Source: an uncultured archaeon
GTDB lineage: Archaea > Asgardarchaeota > Lokiarchaeia > Sigyniarchaeales > SOKP01
Length of the DNA stretch: 15,323 nucleotides
Reading direction: 5' to 3'
Assembly: GCA_964493715.1 (NCBI GenBank)
Contig: CAZBPC010000082.1
Location: forward strand, 1 to 15,323
In this document: piece by piece, positions 1-7,732 of the stretch
How positions within the stretch are numbered: position 1 is the first letter of the stretch
Layout of the letters: every line of letters starts with the position of its first letter
The notes under the pieces: model-generated
Databases searched by the model: none
The model's input: the letters and a program-made list of their open reading frames with translations, nothing else
Told to the model about the DNA's origin: nothing
Made by a program: the position numbers and the translations under genes

Positions 1-2
1 TT

Positions 3-200
3 CAGAGCTTTTTTGATTTGAATGGAATGCAGTGGCAATTTAATGTTGTATCAACTGATACTTTAAAAGATGCAATGGTCAATCCAGTAAATTATAGATG
101 GTTATTAGTCAGAGTTTCGGGCTATAATGCATATTTTACAAAATTAAATAAAAATATGCAATTAGAAATAATTGAGCGACATGAATATCAACCAAAATAA
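3..200 (+). CDS. Glycyl radical enzyme (PFL-like family), C-terminal fragment; gene starts upstream of the window
   Basis: Frame is open from base 3 (QSFFDLNGMQWQFNVVS...). It carries the glycyl-radical domain pattern QFNVV...L.DA...P..Y..L.VRVSGY.AYF..L....Q.EII.R with the RVSGY radical glycine motif, and an activase follows directly. The substrate cannot be assigned because the Cys loop is outside the window. Confidence 0.95.
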   Translation, partial: QSFFDLNGMQWQFNVVSTDTLKDAMVNPVNYRWLLVRVSGYNAYFTKLNKNMQLEIIERHEYQPK

Positions 201-234
201 TTTAATTCTTTTTTTATTTTTATAGCTGTAAGTA

Positions 235-1134
235 ATGATAGATAAAACATTAGTAGTCGATATCAAAAGAAACGCATTAGATGATGGTCCGGGAATAAGA
301 ACCTTAATATTTTTTAAAGGATGTCCTCTTTCATGTGTGTGGTGTCAAAATCCCGAAGCAAAATCTCCTTCTTTAGAATTAATGTTTGATAAACAGATTT
401 GTTCGGAATGTGGGAATTGTATAGCATCTTGTGATCAAGAAGCTATTGATTTTGAGTATGAATTTCGCATTGATCGAAGTAAATGTACGTTATGTGGTAA
501 TTGTGTGAAAATCTGTCCAAATATGGCTTTGAAATTGATAGGTAAAGAATATACTATACATGATCTTGTGAAAACAATACTGAAGGATAAAGTGTTTTAT
601 GAAAACTCAGGTGGGGGGGTAACACTCTCAGGAGGAGAACCACTTTATCATATAAATTATATTAGTGAATTAGTAAAAGAACTCCAAAAAGAAGAAATTC
701 ATATATGTATAGAAACCAGTGGATATTACAATCGAGAAAAATTTTATGAATTGATTTTACCTTATATTGACCTTATTTATTTTGACTTGAAAATTTACGA
801 TTCTAAATTACACGCTAAATATTGTAAAGTATCAAACGAGAGAATATTAGAAAATTTTGAAGATATCCTTAAAAATAAATCAATAGAACTCTTACCCCGG
901 ATTCCTCTCATTCCGGGTATAACAGACACGAATGAAAACTTGTCAAATTTAGCTAATTATCTAAAATCCTTAAATTCGAAAAAAATAGGATTATTACCTT
1001 ATAATCCCCTCTGGCTTGCAAAACCAGAAAAAATAGGAATTAAAGCATCTTATAACTATTCTGAATGGTTAAATAATAAAAATAAGGAGAGAATTAAATC
1101 AATTTTCTCCGATTTTGAATTTAATGAGTTTTAA
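235..1134 (+). CDS. Glycyl-radical enzyme activating enzyme (radical SAM) with 2x[4Fe-4S] ferredoxin-like insert
   Basis: DGPGIRT..FFKGCPLSCVWCQNPE (CxxxCxxC); inserts CSECGNCIASC and CTLCGNCVKICP; GGGVTLSGGEP; ETSG; FDLK; RIPLIPG; LLPYN. Confidence 0.96.
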   Translation: MIDKTLVVDIKRNALDDGPGIRTLIFFKGCPLSCVWCQNPEAKSPSLELMFDKQICSECGNCIASCDQEAIDFEYEFRIDRSKCTLCGNCVKICPNMALKLIGKEYTIHDLVKTILKDKVFYENSGGGVTLSGGEPLYHINYISELVKELQKEEIHICIETSGYYNREKFYELILPYIDLIYFDLKIYDSKLHAKYCKVSNERILENFEDILKNKSIELLPRIPLIPGITDTNENLSNLANYLKSLNSKKIGLLPYNPLWLAKPEKIGIKASYNYSEWLNNKNKERIKSIFSDFEFNEF

Positions 1135-1177
1135 CAAAATAAATTAATTTTGTATCTATCACTAATTTTATTTCATT

Positions 1178-1269
1178 AATATAACATAAACATAACATTT
1201 AAATAGATAAATTTGTATAAATATAACATAAACATATCTTTTTATCTTAAAAATGATATACATATAACA
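1178..1269 (+). repeat. Phased direct repeats (AATATAACATAAACATA x2 plus partial third copy); putative operator array
   Basis: Exact 17-mer at 1178-1194 and 1220-1236. Core ATATAACA at 1179, 1221 and 1262 (spacing 42 and 41 bp). The repeat is seen directly; the regulatory role is inferred. Confidence 0.7.
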
Positions 1270-1295
1270 ATTAAATTTTAAACAAGTGATAATGT

Positions 1296-1859
1296 ATGAC
1301 TACTATTGCAGAAAAAATAATAAATGAATTAAAAACAAAAGCTTTAACTACTCTTCAATTAAGTGAAATAACAGAGATTGAAGAAGCTAAGATAAGGACT
1401 ACAATAAATAGATTAAAAGAAAAAGCCATAGTACAAGAGACGGGAATGTTTTTAGATAGATATAAAATATATAAACTTTCAGATAAATTGTTTAATGCAT
1501 CTTTCATACTGAGAATGATAAAGAAGCTTGATGGTGTAAAAGCTGTCATTCTTATAAGTAGTGTTGACGGTGCACCAATAAGTAGTATACTTCCAGAAGG
1601 ATTAAATGAATCTCGTTATGCTGCTATGACTATAGCCCTGTTTAGTTTGATGGAAAGAGCGTGTAAAGACATCAACAAAGGAAGATTTAAATTTTGTTAT
1701 ATTGAAGGAGAAGATGGAAAAATACTGCTAATTTCTTTCAATGAGGGATTAATTCTATCGATTTCATTTGATTCTACTGTAAATAATGACTTGATGTTTG
1801 CATCCTATATGAAAATCATTGATTTAATAGGAAGTTCTTTATCAGATCTAATTCAATAA
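1296..1859 (+). CDS. Winged helix-turn-helix + Roadblock/LC7 (MglB-like) fusion protein
   Basis: aa ~1-62 (KIINELKTKALTTLQLSEITEIEEAKIRTTINRLKEKAIVQETG...YKIYKL) fit the wHTH helix/wing pattern. aa ~70-187 (DGVKAVILISSVDGAPISS.LP......RYAAMT.ALFSLMER...DINKGRF....IEGEDGKILL......LIL) fit Roadblock/LC7. SD-like AAGTGA lies 6 nt before the ATG. Confidence 0.85.
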   Translation: MTTIAEKIINELKTKALTTLQLSEITEIEEAKIRTTINRLKEKAIVQETGMFLDRYKIYKLSDKLFNASFILRMIKKLDGVKAVILISSVDGAPISSILPEGLNESRYAAMTIALFSLMERACKDINKGRFKFCYIEGEDGKILLISFNEGLILSISFDSTVNNDLMFASYMKIIDLIGSSLSDLIQ

Positions 1860-1876
1860 TTTTTTTTTTCTTTTTT
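1860..1876 (+). terminator. Archaeal oligo-T terminator
   Basis: T10-C-T6 immediately after the stop codon of 1296..1859, in the gap before the convergent AOR gene. Confidence 0.6.
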
Positions 1877-1883
1877 AAGGACA

Positions 1884-3677
1884 TTATATCGGTATTCCTT
1901 GAGCATTCCAGCCTCTAATTTGATAATATTTTTTCAATAAACCTTCCAATGGAGGAATATTTTGCTTAGATCCACCTTTTCCGAGGGGTGTATAAAATCG
2001 CTTCCCAAAATTATCATCGACTTTGCTAATTCCACACTTTACATTAAAATCTCTTTTCATTCTTACAATTTTTTGTCCCGCTTTCATGAAATCTTCAACA
2101 GTATAAGATCTACCAGTGATTCCATTAAGACCATTTATCCAAGGTGTGAGTTTATGGATGAACCAGAATCCAAATATACACCCCCCACATGCTGAATATG
2201 CCTCACTGCCATCTTGAATTTTTACAACAGCTTCAGCAACATCATCTCCCGTTCCAAAGCGATCTACTTGTTCGGTTAAACCAATTTCTTCTTTTTGATT
2301 CATGTAGGAGGAAAGATGCATCGGTTCATAGCAATGATATGCTCCTCGGGGTGTTGTAGCGTAATCTAATGCCGTCATATTATTTGCTCGTGGTTCATGA
2401 GCTGGAATCTCAAGTCCTTTTCCGTGCATTGAAAGTTCTTCTGGTAATCCCTTTATTTCACAAAAAGATCTTACTCCTTCAGCTAATTCATCACCAATTC
2501 CTTCTCGATAAGCAATTTTTGTAAAAAGCTTTTCTATCGGCTCAACTTCGCCCCAAATGTTATCTTCAGTAAACTTAAATTCATTTACGTCAAAATCAAT
2601 CAGTTTTTTTTCTATAGATTCAAGAAAACATCCAATTACTGCTCCTAGACTGATTGAATCTAATCCTAAATCGTTTACTATTAGATTCCATTTAATTAAC
2701 ACTTCTAAGTCATCAACCATTAAATTAGATCCTAGCATTCCAAGAGTTTCATATTCTGGACGAGTTACCCATTTTCCTTGATACTCTAAGAAACCCCGGC
2801 AAGCTGTTGGGCAATTAAAACAACCATGCATTTTTACTTCTCCTCTGGCTTGCATTGCTTTTGCTCCAAGTTTTTTAATCCCTATCCATCTTCCTTCTGT
2901 ATAATTCTTGATAATTACATCTCCTACACTATACATAGAATCTATATGAATAGGGGTCCCCGAGTCAGCCATTACCATTCCTAATGCCGATTTTTTTAAT
3001 AATTCTCTAAGTTCTTTAGCCGCATCATTTACTTTATCTTTATCTTGAATGTGTACTTTACCCGTGCCCTGAATTGCAATCGCTTTTAAGTTCTTGCTAC
3101 CCATTACAGCTCCCATTCCACAACGTCCAGCAGCATGATGCTTATCATTGATAATACACGCATATTTAACCAAGTTTTCTCCCGCAGGTCCAATCGTAGC
3201 TATTTTTATTTTATCGTTTCCAAGTAGATCTTTTAATTTTTCGTCAGTTTCTTGAGTTCCTTTACCCCACAATTCAGAAGCGTCTTTTATTTCTGCTACT
3301 CCGTCATTTATCCATAGATATACTGGAGTTTTGCTTTTTCCCTTAATGATGACAAGATCAAATCCTGCTGATTTTAACTCCTTACCAAAGAACCCTCCTG
3401 AAGATGCTTCCCCGAGAATTTTTGTTAGCGGTGATTTTGCTGTAATAAAGTATCTACCACAGAAAGGAATAGCTGTACCGCAAAATGGACCCACTGAGAA
3501 GATCAAAAGATTATTCCCATTAAACGGATCAATTTCGGGATCCACTTCTCGAGTGAAGATGGCAGTTGCTAAACCCATTCCACCAATATATTTTGCTTCA
3601 TCTTTATTATGATAATATTCTTGGACAATTTTTTGTGTTCCTAAATCTATTCTTAAAATTTTTACGATTACTAACAC
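1884..3677 (-). CDS. aor: Aldehyde:ferredoxin oxidoreductase family (tungsto/molybdopterin, [4Fe-4S])
   Basis: KILRIDL, YIGGMGLA, KSPLT, GG.FG.ELK.AGFD, IGPAGEN, AAGRCGMGAVMGSKNLKAI, CFNCPTAC plus distal C in GGCIF, PEYET, DLGLDSIS, REGIGDELAEG, YY..RGW...G.P. The exact start is uncertain (GTG 3677 or ATC 3668). Confidence 0.95.
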   Translation of the reverse strand: MLVIVKILRIDLGTQKIVQEYYHNKDEAKYIGGMGLATAIFTREVDPEIDPFNGNNLLIFSVGPFCGTAIPFCGRYFITAKSPLTKILGEASSGGFFGKELKSAGFDLVIIKGKSKTPVYLWINDGVAEIKDASELWGKGTQETDEKLKDLLGNDKIKIATIGPAGENLVKYACIINDKHHAAGRCGMGAVMGSKNLKAIAIQGTGKVHIQDKDKVNDAAKELRELLKKSALGMVMADSGTPIHIDSMYSVGDVIIKNYTEGRWIGIKKLGAKAMQARGEVKMHGCFNCPTACRGFLEYQGKWVTRPEYETLGMLGSNLMVDDLEVLIKWNLIVNDLGLDSISLGAVIGCFLESIEKKLIDFDVNEFKFTEDNIWGEVEPIEKLFTKIAYREGIGDELAEGVRSFCEIKGLPEELSMHGKGLEIPAHEPRANNMTALDYATTPRGAYHCYEPMHLSSYMNQKEEIGLTEQVDRFGTGDDVAEAVVKIQDGSEAYSACGGCIFGFWFIHKLTPWINGLNGITGRSYTVEDFMKAGQKIVRMKRDFNVKCGISKVDDNFGKRFYTPLGKGGSKQNIPPLEGLLKKYYQIRGWNAQGIPI

Positions 3678-3858
3678 CTATTTTTATTTTAATTGTAATT
3701 AGTTCCATCTACATGCTATTTATAGGTTTTCTTCCAGATTATAATGAGTTATAATTATAGGTCTACTGCATTTACTCTTTTTTTTAATAAAAATCAGAAA
3801 TCAGGGTATTTTCAAATTTTATGGAACACTAATACTGTTCCTTAATTTTCTTTTAGAA

Positions 3859-5079
3859 TCAAGGTGCTCGGGGTACAACAATTTTTAGATTAGAGAGAGG
3901 ATATGAAGAGCATGGATGGAAGTAATTACGTAATATATCAGCAGATCTTCTTTTATCATCTAAAGGCCTCACGAATATGTCACCAGATATCAACGCAGAA
4001 CGACAGAAACCACAAGATCCAGATCTACATTTAGAAGGGGGTGCTAATTTTGCTCTCTCTAATGCTGTTAAGACCGATTCAGTTGCTAATGCAGGAATTT
4101 CTGTTATTAAAGATCCTATCTCGACTTCAATTGAAAAGGTTTTACCAATGGATTCCTTAGGATAATTTGGAATAGATTCTATGTTTTTTATTTCACCAAA
4201 TAATTCCTTACGAATTTTCTTATGTTGTAGATTAAATCTTGTTAATTCCTTCTCAACAAATTCATACATAATTTGAGGACCGCATATGAAGAATGAACAT
4301 TCCTCCACATCCACATAGTTCTTTATTTTTTCAGCAGTAATGAATCCTTGTTCGCAACCTTCTAAACTAATTTCCTCACAGCTTAATACATGTATGATTT
4401 TTATTTGTTTGGGAAAGTTCTTTTCAAACTCTTTGAATTTATCATAAAAAATGATGTCATCCTCTTCACTGCTTCCATAAAATACTGTTAATTTTGCGTT
4501 AATTGTTCCATTTATGATAGATTTTGCAATTGAACTGAATGGCGTGATACCTGAACCCCCTGCTATTCCTACTATGTGATTTGAATCCCTTAGTGGTTCA
4601 AAATAAAAATTACCCTCGGGACCAGAGCTTTCTATTTTGGTACCAATTTTCCAATTTTCCCATATATATTGAGTTAAAAACCCATCTTCTGCTTTTTTAA
4701 TCGTAATTTCATAAAAACCATAAAGACTATCTAAGGGAGATGAGGAAATCGAATAGGGTCGTGTTATATCTATTCCGTTTACCTGCACTTTTAGACTCAA
4801 GTACTGTCCTGCTCTAAAATAAGCTAATTTTATATGTTCTGATTCTGAAATAAGGCGATATGTTTTAGTTGATTTAGTTTCCTCTCTTATTTCACTTATG
4901 ACTAATGATTGCTTTTGAGGATGTAAGGTTCTAGAAAGATTTTTAATTGGATCACCCTTTGGGAGGTTTGAGGCTTTTTGAATCAATTTACTTCTTTTGG
5001 AGATCAAATTTTTAAATGCAAGTAAATCTCGAATATTACCTTTAATACTGAGATTGAATTCTTTTTCGTTCTCGTTCAT
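3859..5079 (-). CDS. FNR-family FAD/NAD(P)H oxidoreductase with C-terminal [2Fe-2S] ferredoxin (PaaE/Hcr-like architecture)
   Basis: FRAGQY, RPYSISSSP, GPEG.F, IAGGSGITPF, FICGP, C-terminal CRSGSCGFC...C. Start moved to ATG 5079, which overlaps the upstream TGA (ATGA); the GTG at 5088 sits inside the SD-like GAGGGTGG. Confidence 0.92.
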   Translation of the reverse strand: MNENEKEFNLSIKGNIRDLLAFKNLISKRSKLIQKASNLPKGDPIKNLSRTLHPQKQSLVISEIREETKSTKTYRLISESEHIKLAYFRAGQYLSLKVQVNGIDITRPYSISSSPLDSLYGFYEITIKKAEDGFLTQYIWENWKIGTKIESSGPEGNFYFEPLRDSNHIVGIAGGSGITPFSSIAKSIINGTINAKLTVFYGSSEEDDIIFYDKFKEFEKNFPKQIKIIHVLSCEEISLEGCEQGFITAEKIKNYVDVEECSFFICGPQIMYEFVEKELTRFNLQHKKIRKELFGEIKNIESIPNYPKESIGKTFSIEVEIGSLITEIPALATESVLTALERAKLAPPSKCRSGSCGFCRSALISGDIFVRPLDDKRRSADILRNYFHPCSSYPLSNLKIVVPRAP

Positions 5080-6629
5080 TTTTCCCACCCTCTAATTTTT
5101 TGCAAAGTTAAAAATGCTGATATTTGTCCGGAAATTAAAGAGTTTGTATAACTTACTCCTTGAGAAGAATACCCTCCACATATCTCTAAACCATCAATAT
5201 ATTTTTCATTATTCATTGCCATTAATCGTGGGATAAACGAATCCCAGGGATCACTTTCATATCCATATGCAGAACCTTGATATGCACCTGTATATCTCGA
5301 AAGAGTTTGGGGTGTAGCAATTTCAATCTCTTCAATATTATCTTTAATTGATATATTTAGTGCTTTCTCAAAAGAGCTAATTAAATTATATGCAATTTTT
5401 GACTTTAAATTGAAGTAATCCTTTGGGTTTACATTATCCCATACCCCTGGTAAGAAAAATGTCGTCATCATTAACATTGAAGTGTTTGGAGGAGTACAAT
5501 CATGTATAATATTATTTAGACAAGTCGTTGCTTGCACCATAGGCGGATTTAAAGTATTAAAAGAATTATAAACTTTTTCTGTATCCATTGAATCAAAAAT
5601 GTGATAACTATAATTTCTAATTCCTAATTGCTCAGCCGAAGCATTCAAACCTAAATAAACAGAAAAACAACTAATTGCGTGTTTTCGGGCATTAACAAAT
5701 TTATAGGCGATATCTGGGACTTCCTCCTTAGGATAAATTAAATCGTTAAATAATATTGTTGGAGAAGCATTTGAAATAACATGATTTGTTTGTATTTTAT
5801 CCCCTTTAGAAGTGTGAACTCCAATAATTTTACCGTCATCCACTAAAATTTTTTCCACTCTCGTATTATATTCAACCTTCCCCCCTTTTTCTCGAATTTT
5901 AGATTCTAAAGCTGTTGAAAAATCGTGTGTTCTATATTTCGGGAAATAAGCCTTCCGAGTGAGGAAGTAGTAATGCATGGCTGAATAAAAAGTAAAATTA
6001 ACCCTATTAGTTGGAATCCCAATATAGATCCAATATGCATCTAAGATTTTTTGTGCTTTTTCAGGGATTTTTAACGCATTATTGACTTCATCTAAACTAT
6101 AGGGAACTGACTTTAAAAAATTCTTATATTTTTTTAATAGGATGTCCTTCTCTGGATTTCCTTTTGATTCTGTAAGATATGTAATAGCTAGATTAATCTC
6201 TTCAGATAGCTTTAAATAATTCAATAGAGGCTCTTTGCTGCCAACAGCAACAGTATCTATTGCGGTAACAAAATCTTCAAGACCAAAAGGGACAATTATA
6301 TCAATCGGATCATTTTTGTCAGTACATATTAGTCTAAATGCCTCTGGTATTTCTATAAATTCTACCTGTAAATCTAAATCATTTTCAAATAACCTTCTAA
6401 TCGAACCTTTGTTATCTTCTGGACCATAATCACATAATTCATGAAGAGTACCTTCAAATTCAAATCTCCCCCTCACAAAACTAGTAGCAAATCCTCCTGG
6501 TAAATTATGTTGCTCGAAAAGAATCACTTTTATTCCTTCTATTGCGAGTTGAGTAGCAGCAATTAAACCCCCATTACCTGCTCCTATTATAACAACATCA
6601 TAAACATCATTAAACTCTTGACTATTCAT
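5076..6629 (-). CDS. Phytoene desaturase / retinol saturase-like FAD oxidoreductase (COG1233)
   Basis: Rossmann DVVIIGAGNGGL.AA, EQHNLPGG.ATSF.RG.FEFE, VISNA, S.FSVYLG, EIATP.T..RYT....G..YG, C-terminal GL..CG...G. SD-like GGGGT upstream of the ATG. Confidence 0.9.
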   Translation of the reverse strand: MNSQEFNDVYDVVIIGAGNGGLIAATQLAIEGIKVILFEQHNLPGGFATSFVRGRFEFEGTLHELCDYGPEDNKGSIRRLFENDLDLQVEFIEIPEAFRLICTDKNDPIDIIVPFGLEDFVTAIDTVAVGSKEPLLNYLKLSEEINLAITYLTESKGNPEKDILLKKYKNFLKSVPYSLDEVNNALKIPEKAQKILDAYWIYIGIPTNRVNFTFYSAMHYYFLTRKAYFPKYRTHDFSTALESKIREKGGKVEYNTRVEKILVDDGKIIGVHTSKGDKIQTNHVISNASPTILFNDLIYPKEEVPDIAYKFVNARKHAISCFSVYLGLNASAEQLGIRNYSYHIFDSMDTEKVYNSFNTLNPPMVQATTCLNNIIHDCTPPNTSMLMMTTFFLPGVWDNVNPKDYFNLKSKIAYNLISSFEKALNISIKDNIEEIEIATPQTLSRYTGAYQGSAYGYESDPWDSFIPRLMAMNNEKYIDGLEICGGYSSQGVSYTNSLISGQISAFLTLQKIRGWEK

Positions 6630-6798
6630 GAATAGACCCCTTTATTTAATTCTTCTCATTTCTTTATTTTTGATTTTTAGTTAAATTCATATGAAAAAAT
6701 TGGTTGGTTAAACGATTTATAGTTAATAATATCACGAGCATCAAACGAATACTTAATTATCTCCATTTTAGTAGGAAACATATAAAAAAGAAAAATGA

Positions 6799-7530
6799 TT
6801 ATTGATTTTTTAAAAATATTTTTTCAATAAATTTTGGTAGCATCAATCCAATGTAAAACTCCAGAGTACTTGTAAATAATATTATTCGAGCTATGACATA
6901 GATTAAAGTCATTGGAATAGCAAAGTCTAATACCGTCCCAATTGTAAACGATAAAAACGCAACAAGTAGAAATTTTCCTTTTAAACTTATCACTTCATCT
7001 TGCTCTTTTATAGAACTTATTGAAAATGAAAGTCCAACATATAAAAAGAACAATAGACTTACTATAAAATAAATTTGACTTGGTACAGACCATTTAATCA
7101 TGAAAGTCGACGTTCCAGGTTCTGCAATCATTGAAATATCAGTAAATACGAAAATAAAGAAAAATATCTCATAAAATATATTAATTGAAAGATTTAAGAT
7201 CAGTATTATAGTTTTTGTCCTTTTCTTCATAGGTAAGACTTTTAAGAATGCAATGAGACCTAATACGATAGTTATAGGTAAGAAGGCTATACCGAATACG
7301 ATAAACGCTTCAATACTCACAGGTGCAGTTGTGAATAAAGTCATTATAAAAATTATTATGGTTGGCCACCAAGGAGTTGTAAGACCAATCCAGAATAATC
7401 CAAAAAGAAGGAATTGGCTTTTTCTAAGTTTAAAGTACTTTGAAATAATAATTGCTCCTGTTATGATGGATATTATTACAAATATTAACGTAAAGATACC
7501 ATGAGTCATATCCAATAATTCGATTGCTAT
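6799..7530 (-). CDS. Seven-transmembrane hypothetical membrane protein
   Basis: About 7 hydrophobic segments counted by eye, separated by basic loops (SKYFKLRK, MKKRTK, SLKGK). The start is uncertain: ATA 7530 by SD spacing, or TTG 7515 / ATG 7509. Confidence 0.8.
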   Translation of the reverse strand: MAIELLDMTHGIFTLIFVIISIITGAIIISKYFKLRKSQFLLFGLFWIGLTTPWWPTIIIFIMTLFTTAPVSIEAFIVFGIAFLPITIVLGLIAFLKVLPMKKRTKTIILILNLSINIFYEIFFFIFVFTDISMIAEPGTSTFMIKWSVPSQIYFIVSLLFFLYVGLSFSISSIKEQDEVISLKGKFLLVAFLSFTIGTVLDFAIPMTLIYVIARIILFTSTLEFYIGLMLPKFIEKIFLKNQ

Positions 7531-7732
7531 TTTATATCACCTAATAATTTAATATTAAAAGTATAGGAATATATTTAAAAAAAGCTTTTCTTTAATTTTT
7601 TTTCTAAAACAAAAGTTATGACTAATCACCTACCTATTTCGATAATTCTTAACATAAATATTTAGCCACATAATAATAATTTTGGGATAAGCATAAAAAT
7701 TAATAAAAAAAAAGATTTGTTTAATTTTTGAA

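Noticed and set aside
1178-1269. Repeats as a mini-CRISPR array
   Set aside because: 17-bp unit, 25-bp gap, only two full copies, and no cas genes; too short for CRISPR.
5076-6629. crtI / carotenoid biosynthesis cluster
   Set aside because: No crtB, crtE or crtY in the window; only family-level motifs, so no gene symbol was assigned.
6642-6695. Tiny minus-strand uORFs (MNLTKNQK*, MRRIK*) and palindrome TTCATATGAA upstream of the desaturase-like gene
   Set aside because: Expected by chance in AT-rich spacers; no SD or other support.
6799-7515. Rhodopsin (schizo- or heliorhodopsin)
   Set aside because: No retinal-binding lysine motif in TM7 and no RYxxW-like motif in TM3.
7548-7559. AT-only palindromes (TTTAATATTAAA here; TATAATTATA at 3750-3759)
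   Set aside because: Low complexity in very AT-rich intergenic DNA, and indistinguishable from TATA-like elements.
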